Assembly (NCBI RefSeq): GCF_009914755.1
Contig: NC_060927.1
Source of the DNA: the human T2T-CHM13v2.0 reference genome, Homo sapiens
Strand: one strand, 5' to 3'
DNA length: 64,000 nt
A program made the position numbers and the translations under genes. The notes beneath the pieces are model-generated. The model saw only the letters and a program-made list of their open reading frames with translations. It was not told the origin of the DNA and did no database searches. Position 1 is the stretch's first letter, and the number at the start of each line of letters is the position of its first letter. Of the stretch, positions 1 through 12,700 are shown piece by piece.

Positions 1-564
1 TCCATTCATTTTATTAGTAACTGAAAGAGTAGTAAATCTTTCAGTATAATCTCTCAGTGTATTTGTGTGAATTTGTCTACTTTTCACTTTAGTTTCATCA
101 GTTTTTGTCTCATATATTTTGAAACTCTCTTTTTAAGTAAACACATATTTAGGATTGTTTCTTTTTGGTGAATTTACCCTCTTATCATTATGGGATGTCC
201 TTTTTATCCCTAGCAATTTTCCTGTTGTGAGATCTATGATGTTTCATATTCACATAGCCACTCTAGTTTTAGTGTGATTAATGTTTGCCTAGTAAATTTT
301 GTTCATTATTTACTTTTAACCTACTTTTATTATTATATTTAAAATAGAACATTTGTGGACAGCTAAGCTGGGTCTTGTGTGTTTTGTTTGCTTGCTTGCT
401 TATTTATAGAATCCAACAATCACTGTCTATTAGTGTGTTTAGACCATTTAATGTAATCACTGATATAATTTGATTTAGAGCTAACATTTTATTTATCTTT
501 GTTTACCTCATTTTTTTTCTGTTTTTCTTTTCTTGCCTTCCTTTAGATCATTTTAATATCTTTT

Positions 565-860
565 TATTTTATTTTATTTTATTTTTTGAGATGGAGTCTC
601 ACTCTGTCGCCCAGGCTGGAGTGCAGTGGCGTGATCTCTGCTCACTGCAAGGCTCCACCTCCTGGGTTCACGCCATTCTCCTGCCTCAACCTCCCAAGTA
701 GCTGGGACTACAGGCGCCTGCCACCACGCCCGGCTAATTTTTTATATTTTTAGTAGAGACGGGGTTTCACCATGTTAGCAGGGTGGTCTTCACCTTGTGA
801 TCTGCCCGCCTCAGCCTCCCAAAGTGCTGGGATTACAGGTGTGAGCCACCACACCCAGCC
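565..860 (-). mobile_element. AluY with a small internal deletion in the left arm
   Basis: Alu reverse complement with Y-type 'ttcacgccattctcc'; TSD CATTTTAATATCTTTT at 549-564 and 861-876. Confidence 0.95.
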
Positions 861-1582
861 CATTTTAATATCTTTTAATATTTAATTTTGGTTGACCTAT
901 TGACTCTTTGACTACATCTCTTTGAATTATTTTTTATGGTTGTTTTGATGATTTAAATATACATGCATTTTTTTCATAGTAAATTTAGAGTTAATGTTTT
1001 ACAGCTTTTATAAAATAGAGAATCCTGACAAATCTATAGGCCATTTTGCACTCTGTCTTGCATATTTCACTTGTCATATGTATTGCATCTGTATACATAG
1101 AAAATCAACCAGATAATGTTATAATATTTGCTACTAATAGTCATGTGTATTATTTAAAACTTAGGGGAGAAATAAAAAGTTATATTTCCCTAGATATTTA
1201 CTGCTTTTTTTGCTCTTCTTTCATTTCTGAAATTCCAAGTTTTCCTCTGTATTATTTCCTTTCAGTTTAAAGAGTTTCATCTAGCTTTTCTTTTAGAGTG
1301 GGTCTAATGGTAACACATTTGTTTGCTTTTCTCTTCATTTGAAAATGTCTTTACTTTGCCTTTATCCTTCAAGGACATCTCCACTGAGTATGTAAATATT
1401 GGTAACAGTTCTTTTCTTTCATCATTTTAAATATGCTGTTCCATTGTTTTCTGTCCTCCGTGGTTTCTGATGAGAAATCCATAGTAATTCAAGTAGTGGT
1501 GGGTGGTTTTCTTTGAATTTTACCTGTTTGGGATTAACTGACCTTCTTGATACTGTAATTTTATGTCTTGAACCAAATTCAG

Positions 1583-1619
1583 GATAATATTTCTTCAACC
1601 CAGATAATATTTCTTCAAC
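1583..1619. repeat. Tandem micro-duplication, 20-bp period
   Basis: GATAATATTTCTTCAAC at 1583-1599 and 1603-1619. Confidence 0.85.
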
Positions 1620-2382
1620 TACTTTTCTGCAAAAATATCATTCTCTTATTTTCTGGAACCCCAATAGCATGAATAGCAGACCATTCCATGTTGCTCAACA
1701 GGGTCCTGAGGCCTTATTAATTTTTTAAAAGATTAATCTCTCTGTTGTCCAAATTTGATTATTTCTATTAATATATCTTTAAGTTCACTGACTTATCTAT
1801 CTTCACTCTAATATTAATTTCACTCAGTAAATTTTGGTTTCGAATATTATAATTTTTTTCTCAAATTTATATCTTGTTCTTTTTGTAGTTTCTTATTTTG
1901 TGCTGAAAACTTTTTATCTTTCCATTCATTTCAAGAGTGTTCTCTTTTATCCCATTGAGTTTGGTTATAATAACTGTTTTAAAGTCTTTTATAATTCTAA
2001 CATCTGAGTAATTTTATGTTTGACATCTGCTTATACTTTTAAGAAAAAATTTGGTTGTTCTTCCTGGCTCATTTTGTTGAATAATTTTTGACTGCATTCT
2101 ACTCAGGACATTTTGAATATTATGTTGTGAGCCTATGGGCTCTATTAGTATCCTCAAGAGATTGCAGGGGTTCTGTTGTTGTTACAGCAAGCAATCAGCT
2201 TGGTTAGGGTCAGACTGCAGGTTCTTCCTCATCTTTTGTGGATGGTGGTTTCAATGTCAGTTTAGATTTCAAGGCCTTCAGTGTATTGTGTGTGTCTGAC
2301 TCATTATATTTTTGTTCAGGTCCCAAAGCCTTGCTATGATTCTTCAGGTTTCTTCCAACTGTGCACTTCTTGAGGAGGAATC

Positions 2383-3100
2383 TGAAACTGGCTTTGCAAA
2401 ATTATAACAGAGAAAATTATGACAGTGAAAGAAATCAGACCTAACCGACTCCATTTTGCTTTTGACGTTTAAGCTGTCCTCGTTCATTCCTGGGCATAGG
2501 CTGAACTAACTTTGGGAAGGAATTCAGGTCATGGTTTGACTCTGAAACAAACTTGATAATAGCCCTTTTCCAAAAAGATGTCCTTCTTGCTGGGGATCAG
2601 TATGCCTTTGCAGGACTAACAAATTAGCTACAAGTTTAGGGGTCATGCAGCTTCTGGCTCCAAGAGTCTAAACCTCCCCAGATTGCTCCTGGGGGAAAAC
2701 ATCACGATTGTAAAACCTAAGATCAGTGCTTGAGATATTTTGCAGACCCTGCCCTCAATTGATTAGCTGATACCACCCAGACGGGTAATCTGGCTCAACC
2801 TGTTCTGCCATCACACCCAGGAACAGAAAGCAGCAAAAAAACTCACCTCAACCCCCTTATGTTTCCATCTCCAACCCTGACCAATCAGCACTCCCCACTT
2901 CCGAAGCTCCTACTTGCCAAATTATCTTTAAAAACTCTGATCGCCCGAATGCTTGGGGAGACCGATTTGAGTAATAATAAAAATCTGGTTTCTCACACAG
3001 CCGGCTCTACATGAATTACTCTTCCTCCATTGCAATTCCCTGTCTTGATAAATTGGCTCTGTCTAGGCAGCAGGCAAGTTGAACCCATTGGGTGGTTACA
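2383..3100 (+). mobile_element. Solo ERV1 LTR, LTR8A-like
   Basis: Starts TGAAACTGGCTTTGCAAAATTATAAC, ends GGTGGTTACA; contains AATAAA; perfect 4-bp TSD AATC (2379-2382 / 3101-3104). Confidence 0.9.
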
Positions 3101-4344
3101 AATCTATGACTTATGTTAATTTATATACACAATTAAAATATTGTCTTCTCTAGCAGTCGCCTTGCAGGAATTGCCCATAATTTTTGTATCCAAAGGGTCA
3201 TTTTTGAACCTGGGAAGCAAGTTTAATTTTCTTGCATCCCATACCTTATAATTGCATACCAAAATATAAATATTTCTAGTAACTTCCTGGCTACTGGACC
3301 TACATTTCTCCCTATATCTACATTACTGACCCTACCAGCAAAGAATGTGATAAAAAAAGAAAGGATGTAAGGATACACTACAATTTATTAGGGGAAAAAA
3401 AATGAGGCTGTGTTACCTTGATCAGTGCCTGAGAATTTTTTCCCTAGGCCGTAACCACTGTGTACAAATGCACTTGTGACCCAGAGATTGTCTCCACCTG
3501 CTGAGACCTTCAGGAAAATTCTGCTGAAAGCAACTGAATAAGATTTGGGAATAAATTTAAATTATCATTGGAAAATCTGTCCATGACCCAGCTAATACCA
3601 GGAACATAAATATCCTGTGCATTGATTTAAAGCTCCTGGTTATTTAATACTGTAAGGCAAATGCTGATCTTTTAATTTTGTAAATAATACGGGTAAAATG
3701 AATTCACCCACTACAACAAAATGACCAGATATTTGAAATTTTATAGAATAAAAATCATTTGTTATTGGATATCATTGCAGATTTTTCTAGAATGCTGAGT
3801 TTTTCTATCATCAAATTTCACCTTCTGTTGTACCATGGCCCCTTTGAGCAGCATTGAGATTTGTGATACAGGATATTACCCTTAACATTGATGAGTTTTG
3901 CCTTGATGGCAAAACGCTTGCTAAGGAAGTTGAAAAGTCTTTGTAACATTAAGTCCAAGAGTAATGAAAGGCCAGTGAATTTGATCCAGAGTTCCTACAC
4001 ATGAGAAAACTTTCTAGAAATGTATATTTATATCAGTGACCTAGAATAGATATGTATTGACTGTAGAGGGAAAGGAAAAAGAACTCAAAGTCATAGTATA
4101 ATTTTTTTAAAATCAAAAAACAGTAGTTAAAGAAAGCATTACATAAAAATGTTTGTGTCCCCCTACATTCTTTGGAGCATTTTATATTAGAAAAAAATAG
4201 AAACAACCTAAAAGTGTATTTATAGAAGAAAAATTAAGTTAATTATGGTATATCCACTCAAAAGATTAATATGCAGCCAGCAAAAATAATGTTAAAAGGA
4301 ATTTTTGTTGGTATAGCAAAATCTATACTTTCTAAAATGAAAGT

Positions 4345-4472
4345 ATACATATTTATATATAGATAACATATATACATATATGTATGTATAAAAGTATTTT
4401 CATATAGACATGCATGTATATATTTTCCCACATACACATATATAATATATACACGTGTGTGCATGTGTTTGT
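4345..4472. repeat. Degenerate (TA/CA/TG)n low-complexity tract
   Basis: Alternating purine-pyrimidine runs such as 'atatatacatatatgtatgtata' and 'acacgtgtgtgcatgtgt'. Confidence 0.8.
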
Positions 4473-4984
4473 GTATTGCAAGCCTCCTTTTCAAAACTAC
4501 CTCTAAGGAATAATTGGCAACTTACAGATATTTTAAGGGGTTTATGAAACAGCTACAGTGTTGAATTTGTCCATTATTTTGTTGTTACATCATTAAACAC
4601 AAAAGTTAAGTTCAGGAGACCAAAGAGTATGAAATGAGTCACTTTAACTCTTGGTGAATAACTGAGCTTGACTATAATGAGATAAATAGCAACCAAGAAT
4701 CAATGAAATAGCCTAGAGCAAGCAATGTCTGTGACTTCACAAACCCAGTGGCACTGAGAGTTCATGAAACAGATGGTATGGCTGTGTAACTCCACTTTAT
4801 ACCAAGGAGAGTAATTTGACCATTTGCCCAATCACCTCTAAGTACTTTGCTTGAACTCATTTCAGGAATTCATAGAAAAATGCTGGTTCTGATGAAAGAT
4901 CACCTTCTCTGTTTTCACTATAAAATAGCTGTAAGAGGAAAAGTAGAGAGAAAATTATAATAAAAAAGGTACTAAAATTAGGTT

Positions 4985-5800
4985 GATAAATGTCCATCAA
5001 AAGGTGAATGGATAAATAAATTCTGATACATTCATAGAATGGATTACAACTTCACAATTCAAAGAATAAACTATTGAAACATACAACAGAATAGGCAAAT
5101 ATCAAAAAACATGCTTAGCAAAAGAAGGTAGACACAAAAAAATACTTACATTATGACCCACTTATATGAAGTTCTACTATAAGGAAAACTAGTCTGTGAT
5201 GACAGAAAAAAGATCACTGTTTACCTGAGTCAGGGGGTTGAGGGATAGAGGGAAGGCTGATTGCAAAAGGGCTGTATTAGCCTTTTCTCACACTGCTATG
5301 AAGAACTACTGTGTAATTTATAAGGGAAAGAGGTTTAATTGTCTCACAGTTCCGTGTTATTTAGGAGGCCTCACAAAACTTACAATCGTGGCAGAAGGCA
5401 AAGGAGAAGCAGGCATCTTCCTCACAGGATGGAGTGAGTGCAAGCAGGGGAAATGCCAGATGCTCATAAAACCATCAGATCTTGTGAGACTCACTCACTG
5501 TCACAAGAAGAGCATGAGGAAAGCTGCCCCCATGGTCCAATTACCTCCACCTGGTCCCACCCTTGACACATGGGGATTATGGGGATTATGAGGATTACAA
5601 CCCAAAATGAGATTTTGGGTGGGAACACAGCCAAACCATATTAGGGGCACAAGAGAACTTTCAGGTATGATAGAAATGTTTTATGTCTTGATTGTAGTGG
5701 TTACAGGAGTGTGTTTCTTTGTCAAAATTCATTGAACTATACATTTAAAATAGATGCATTTTATTCTATGTAAATTAATGCCTCAATAAAATTTATTAAA
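4985..5800 (+). mobile_element. Old L1 3' end (L1MC/L1ME-type), split by THE1D
   Basis: 'aaatgtccatcaaaaggtgaatggataaataaatt' through 'gtaaattaatgcctcaataaa'. Confidence 0.75.
5273..5643 (-). mobile_element. MaLR solo LTR, THE1D-like
   Basis: 'tgtattagcc...cagccaaaccatatta'; flanks AGGGC/GGGGC (5-bp TSD, 1 mismatch). Confidence 0.9.
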
Positions 5801-5954
5801 AGTATAAAAGCAGGTTGATAGCAAAGCAAAAACAATTATCACATGTTAAATAGATATAATTATGAAGTTCCATTAAAGGAGCATTCATTTACAAAAAGCA
5901 TTTCCCTGCTGAGTGAAGGTCAGCTGAGTGAAGTTAAACGAATTTTTTAAAGTA

Positions 5955-6120
5955 TCTGGACATGCTGGTTTGTGCCTGTAGGCCCATCTACTTGGGAGGC
6001 TGAGGCAGAAGGATTATTTAAGCCCAAGAGTTTGAGGTTGCTGTGAGCTGTGATGAGGCCAACACACTCCACCTGGACAACAGAGGGAGACCTTGTCTCT
6101 AAAAAATAAAAATAATAAAT
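5955..6120 (+). mobile_element. Monomeric Alu (FAM/FRAM-like)
   Basis: Single diverged Alu arm 'tgcctgtaggcccatctacttgggaggctgaggcag...gagaccttgtctct' plus A-rich tail. Confidence 0.8.
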
Positions 6121-6124
6121 TTTA

Positions 6125-6248
6125 AAAATCTCACCTGGATAGCTTTTTAAAATTCTGATTGTATTGTACTGAGGTGCAGCCTGGGCATGGAGATTTTTCA
6201 AAGGTCCCTAAGTGATCCCAATGTATAGCCAAGGTAGAGGACCACTAA
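6125..6248. mobile_element. MER5-family (hAT-Charlie) remnant
   Basis: 'gcagcctgggcatggagatttttcaaaggtccctaagtgatcccaatgtatagccaaggtagaggaccact'. Confidence 0.55.
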
Positions 6249-6974
6249 GATTGTAACTCCCCTTCACCTGCCCAGGGATCTTCTAGCAGAGAATATGGCT
6301 GAGATTCTTACCCACCCAGTATCCCAAGTGTGTCCTAAGGTCCCTAATGTCAAACCTTGTGGAGGTTGGTTGAGACCTTGGACTGAACTGCCCCATTCCA
6401 GCAGAAGGTTCAGAGAGGAAAAACAGAATTGCTGTCACATGTTCACTGGGCACATAATGTTCACTAAATTAATTACCTAGACTCAGCTGGTCCCAGAGAA
6501 CAAAAATGAGTCACTTTAACTTGATGGTTTGAGTGCTATTCATGTATTAATCCTTCCAGAGAAGGATTAGTTATGATTGGGTACCGGGAAATCATGTTTT
6601 ATCTCCTCAGATTGAGGGAAGATGAGTGAAATGTGTTAGGACAAAGAAATTTGGTGTAAAGATGCAAAACTCAGGGTCTTTCACTGGCCTCTGAAAATGG
6701 GAAGGAGCTAACAAATAGGTGCAAGGCACTTTATAAACATGATCTTATTCAGCCTTCACTCTCCTTAATGAAAATCCTATACCAGCAGTATGATTTTGCC
6801 CATTTGGTGATATGATAACTAAGAGAGGTCATCCTCTTTTTCAAGTTCTCATGGTGCATGGCAAAGCTGTGACTTGAGAATTCACTTTCTCTAAAACCTA
6901 CGTGTACTCTTTCTACTATGCCATACTAAATCTTACTATCTTGAAAATTGATCATAATAATAGTAGCAGAAATA

Positions 6975-7200
6975 GTAATAATAACATTTGTTGAGAGTTT
7001 TCTATGTGCTAGGAACACAGCTAAGATACCTATATTGTATTATTGTCTAGACTTATGCCTATACCTAGATATAGACATATAAAATGTCATTTAATCTTCA
7101 CACCAGCTTTTAGAGGTAGATACTATTATTATCCTCATTAAATATGATGCAGTTAAGGTGCAAAGAGGTTAAATAATTTTCTCAAGGTTGCAAAGCTACA
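6975..7200 (-). mobile_element. MIR
   Basis: 'taacatttgttgagagtttctatgtgctagg...tcatttaatcttcac...gaggttaaataattttctcaagg'. Confidence 0.75.
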
Positions 7201-8087
7201 AAAGATAAAAGTTATTTAACAATAATCCTCTCCTGAAAACACCGTACCTAATAATGCCAGCCAAGGAAAAAAATGAGAGAATTTTCCTAACCTTGCTTTC
7301 AACCTCGATTCTCAATACAACTTAATATAACTGTGATTTTATAATACTGCCTCTTGCCTTCAAACTTTGCAAACTTGTGATAGTCCATTTTGACTGTAGC
7401 CATAATGGTACATGGGAAAGAACTGGTTATTGCAAACTCTGATTTGCAAGATCAATGGGAACATTATTATCCATCATTTAAAAAAATCATGGATTAGCAA
7501 ACTGGAAAAATACTTCTGACACACCTCTGCAGCAAGAAAAGCAATGCATTATGTCTGATACAGTGAAAGGGGGATGAAGAAAGCAGTGCTTAGAGCAAGA
7601 ATTGCCAGCTGGAATTGACTATGGAAAAATGGGGCTGGCTGTCTTTATCAGATCCGCTTCCAAGCAGCAACCTGTGAGTCAGGGTTTCTCATTTCACTGA
7701 CATATGCAAGTTTTTACCACACTAAGCCCTGCAGGGCAAATGCAAATGTGGAAATGTGAATGAGGTCCAACCTTGTCTCATACGTCATCAGCACAACTGT
7801 CGGCTAAGTTTTCACCAAGGAACTTTTATTCCTAACGCAATCGGAACTGGAAGAGAATAGCAGAATCTATCACACTAACACCATTTTTATGTGAATATAT
7901 TTGTATGTGCATGCGCTCATATCCATGTTAAAGGTAAGCAGGAAGAATTCCAGTATCAAAGAGAGATGATTTAAATAATAACTAGTGTAGCTCACGAACT
8001 TAAACTTTCCATTGGTTATAACATACCATTTGTAACTTCATTTAAAAATCCCCACATTCATCCAGTTGTTATTCACTCACTTTCAAA

Positions 8088-8227
8088 TTATTATTATTAT
8101 TATCATTTTTGTAGAAACAAAATCTCACTATGTTGTCCAGGTTGGTCTCGAATTTCTGGGCTCAAGCAATCCTCCTGCCTTGGTCCCAAAGTGCAAGGAT
8201 TACAGGAATAAGCCATGGTGCCTGGCC
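8088..8227 (-). mobile_element. FLAM / old left Alu monomer
   Basis: Single arm ending 'agccatggtgcctggcc', (TTA)n tail; TCAAATT on both sides. Confidence 0.85.
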
Positions 8228-9651
8228 TCAAATTCACTTGTTTAGATCCCATTTCAGTCTGAGGGGTTCAGGGGGCTCCCTTCACTGTTTGGGTGCAGGC
8301 TCGGCTGCAAATCTTCTGTAGAGAGAATTCTCGGGGTGGCTCTTACACATCATGGGTACCTCTCCACCTCACCCTCTCACCCTCTCACCAGGTAGACTGG
8401 GCAGGCAACGGCATGCACATCGCATCTGCCACCATGGGGAGCAGATATGGCAGCATCAGCCGTCACATCATCAAGGGAATTCTGCCCTTCTTGGATTCCA
8501 TTTTGCTCGATAGACATGGTTTATTGAGCACTTTTTTCATCAGAGTATAGACATAAAGAAGGTCCATTTTATCCCCTTTTCACTTTTATCTCTATCAAGC
8601 CCACATTTGCTATCTCTTAACGTCATCTTGGGGAAATTCCAAATTATTTCATCGATATTCATTATCAAGATAAGTCTGGACCAGTTTTTAATTTCAATCT
8701 TGTGTTCACTTCAAAGCTCTCTGCACTACATACCCACTAGACCTGTGGCTGAAGGCACAGAGTGGGCAGAGAAATGTGACTGCTTTGCATACACCCCTCC
8801 CTCCCTCTGTGACTCCACATCTTCTGAGCTTCTCCAGAGCAGAAACATCATTTACTTGGCCACCTAAGCAAGACTGGCTCTTCTTATCGACTTTGCCTCC
8901 TCCTCTGGCCTTCACCTTTAGCCTTGGATACCTCAAGATCCTGTGTCAGTCTTCCAGGTGCTTACAAGAACATGGGTGGGTACTTCACAGAGGCTTGACA
9001 TTTCTCTCTACACCATCGTTTCCTGAAGTAGGCATCCAGCTCCATTTCCACCCTTCCACAGCCCCCCAGCACCACAGCCTTTTCCAGTGTGCTCCCCATG
9101 ATCTCTGCTGCTAGGATACCCTCATCTAGAAGGCATCCCTCTGGGGCAATACATCAGAGGACTAGCATAAGCTCAGCTTCCTTGTTCCGCATCCCCTTGA
9201 CCAACAGGCTCATCTTTGCCAAGCCAAATGATGGGAGTACAGTAAGCTTCTCTGCCTTCCTTCCCTCTGTTTCCTCGCTCTTTTCCTCACTCTCTTTCTC
9301 GCTGCTCGATGCACAGGGGCCAATCAGCAGGATCAGTGCCCAAGCAGAAATCTGACATAAAAATTAAAATCTCTACTTCTTGCAGAGCAGATACCTCCAG
9401 TCTTACAAATGCTCTCAAGGACTTTACGTCTTCCTTCCTATCAACCGGAAAATGCAACCCTCATTTCCTCCTATGCATGGAAGGGAGGAAAAAAACTCTC
9501 TCCACAGTGGGCTTCCCACAAGACTGCTGACAATGGCCATCTCATACCCCAATATTTTCATTATGTAGACAGGAGGGACAGTGAGCTAACAGTTAGAAGC
9601 AGAGATACCTCTGCTGCAGTTGATAAGCTCTGGGTTGGAAGTGTTGGGTCT

Positions 9652-9757
9652 GGGATTGCCAAAGTACAGGACTCTAAGTTAAATTTAAATTTCAGATTTT
9701 AAAAACATCAATTTTTAGTATAAGTATGCCCTAAATATTGCGTGAGAAGTTCTTATT
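9652..9757. mobile_element. MER53 (palindromic hAT MITE), roughly half copy
   Basis: 'aagttaaatttaaatttcagat...atttttagtataagtatgccctaaatattgc' matches one arm of recalled MER53. Confidence 0.7.
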
Positions 9758-9767
9758 GAATGACTAC

Positions 9768-12700
9768 TTTTTTATTCTTTTTTTTTTCTTTCCGCTCTTC
9801 TTTTAGGTTCAGGAGGTACATGTGCAGGTTTGTTACATGAGTATAATGTGGGGTGCTGGGGTTTGGTGTACAAATGATGTCATTGCCCAGGTAGTGAGCA
9901 TAGTAACCAATAGGAAGTTTTTTTTCCTCCCACCCTCTTTTCTCAAGTAAGCCCCAGTGTCTATTTTTTCCCTCTTTGTGTCCATGTGTACTCAATGTTT
10001 AGCCCCCATTTATAAGTAAGAACATGTATTTGGTTTTCTGTTCCTGTGTTAATTTTATTAGAACAAGGGGTTCCAGCTGCATCCTTGTTACTGCAAAGAA
10101 CATCATCTCATTCTTTTTTATGGCTTCATAGTATTCCATGGTATATATGTACCAAATTTTATTCGGTCCACTACTGATGAACATCTAGGTTAATTTCATG
10201 TTTTTGCTATCGAGAAAAGTGCTGCAATTAACATACGTGTACATATGTCTTTTTGGTAGAATGATTTATATTCCTTTGGGTATATATCCAGTAATGGGAT
10301 TGCTAGGTTGAATAGTAGTTCTAAGTTCTTTGAGAAATCTTAAATTGCTTTACAGTAGCTGAACTAATTTACATTCTCACCAGCAGTGTTTGAGGATTTC
10401 CTTTTCTCCACAATCTTGCCAGCATGTTATTTTTTGGTTCTTTTAATGTTAGCCATTCTGTCTCATAAAAGATAGTATCTCCTTGTAGTTTTGATTTGTA
10501 TTTCTCTGATGATTAGTGATGTGGAGGTAGGTTTCTTATTACTGATTCAATTTCAGAAGTTATTATTGGTCTATTCAGGTATTCAATTTCTTCCTGGTTC
10601 AGTCTTGGGAGGTTACATGTTTCTAAGAGTTTATCCATTTCTTCTAGATTTTCTAGTTTGTGTGCATAGAGGTGTTCATCATGGTCTCTGAGGGTTTTTC
10701 TATTTCTGTGGGGTTGGTGGTAATGCCTTCTTTTTCAATTTTAATTGTGTTTATTTGAATCTTCTATCTTTTTTGCTAGTCTAGCTAGTGGTCTATCACT
10801 TTTATTTATTATTTCAAATAACCAACTTTTGGTTTCATTAGTCTTTTGTATGAATTTGCATGTCTCAATTCTATTCAGTTCAGCTCTGATATTGGTTATT
10901 TCTTTTCTTCTGCTAGCTTTGGAGTTGGTTTGCTTTTATTTTTCTACTTCCTCTAGGTATAATATTGTTGATTTGAGATCTTTCTAACATTTCGATTTAA
11001 GTGTTTAGCACAATAAACTTTCCTCTTAACACTGCTTTAGCTGTGTCCCAGAGATTCTGGTATTTTGTATCTTTGTTTTCATTAGTTTCAAAGAATTTCT
11101 TGATCTCTGTCTTAATTTCTTTCTTTACTCCAAAGTCATTCAAAAACAGGTTGTTTAATTTCCATGTAATTGTATGATTTTGAGAGATCTTCTGGGTATT
11201 AATTTGCTCTTTTTTTATGGTGTGGTTGGTGTGAATTTAGTTTTTCTGAATTTGTTAAGAATTGCTTTATGACCAAATGTGTGGTTGATCTTAGAGTGTA
11301 TATTCTATTGTTGTTGGGTGGAGTGTTCTGCAGATGTCAATTAGGTTCATTTGGTCAAGTGTTGAGTTTAGGTCCCAAATATCTTTGCTGGTTTTCGGCC
11401 TCAATTATCTGTCTAACACTGTCAGTGAGGTGTTGAAGTCTCCCACCATTATGATACAGTTATGTAAGTCTCTTTGTATATCTCTAAGAACTTGTTTTAT
11501 GAATCTGGGTTCTCCAGTGTTGAGTTCATATATATTTAGAACAGTTAAGTCTTCTCATTGAATTGAATCCTTTATCATTATGTAATGCCTTTCTTTGTCT
11601 CCTTTGATCATTGTTGGTTTAAAGTCTGTTTTATCTGAAATAAAAATAGCAACCCCTGTTCTTTTCTGTTTTCTATTGCTTGATAGATCTTTCTCCATCC
11701 CTTTACTTTGAGCCTATGGGTGTCATTTCATGTGAGATGGATCTTCTGAAGACAACATTGGGCCTTGCTTCTTAACTTGCCACTCTGTGCCTTTTAAGTG
11801 GGGCATTTGGCCTATTTACATTCAAGGTTAATATTTGATATCTGAGGATTTGATCCTGTCATTGTGTTGTTAACTGGTTGTTATGTAGACTTGGTTGTAT
11901 AGTTGCTTTAGCACGTCAGTGGGCTATGTACTTAAATGTGTTTTTGTGGTGGCAGATAATGATCTTTCCTTCATGTTTAGCACTCCCTTAAGGGCCTCTT
12001 GTAAGGCAGGTCTGGTGGTAATGAATTCCTTTAATGTTTGCTTGCCTGCAAAGGATTTTATTTCTCCTTCACTTATAAAGCTTTATTTGGCTGGATTTGA
12101 AATTCTTGGTTGGAATTTCTTTTCTTTAAGAATGCTGAATGTAGGCCCCCAATCTCCTCTGGTGTATTAAGTTTCTGCTGAACATCTTGCTGTTAACCTG
12201 ATGGGGTTCCCTTTGTATGTGGCCTACCCTTCTCACTAGCTGCCTTTAATATTTTTTCTTTCACGTTGACCTTGGAGAATCTGATGACTACGTGTCTTGG
12301 GGATGTCTGTCTTGTATAATATCTCGCTGAGATTCTCTGGTTCTCTGAAGTTCCTGAATTTGCTTGTCAACTTCTCTAGCAAAATTGGGGACGTTTTCAC
12401 GGAGAATATCCACATATATGCTTTCCAAGTTGCTTGCTGTCTCTCATTCTCTTTCTGGGATGTCAGTGAGTCATAGGTTTGGTCTCTACATAATCCCATA
12501 TTTCTAGGAGGTTTTATTTAATTTTTAAAATTATTTTCTCTTTATTTTATTATTTTTTTGACTGAGTTGATTTAAATAACTGGTCTTTGGGTTCTGAGAT
12601 TAAACCTCAGCTTGGTCTATTCTGTTGTTAATACTTTCAATTGTATTATAAAATTCTTGTTTTTAGTTTTTCAGCTCTGGAAGATCAGTTTTCTTCTTTC

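Larger units (their letters stand above)
1..2382 (-). mobile_element. Old L1 (L1M-type) fragment, ORF1/ORF2-start region, antisense; interrupted by AluY
   Basis: T-rich plus strand with degenerate antisense L1 motifs, e.g. 'ttatcattatgggatgtcctttttatccct', 'gtgtttagaccattta', 'gtttctgatgagaaatc'; boundaries approximate. Confidence 0.7.

Noticed and set aside
8230-9260. Minus-strand processed pseudogene
   Set aside because: Manual translations of several frames gave no recognisable protein, and no poly(A) tail or TSD was seen. It needs BLASTX.
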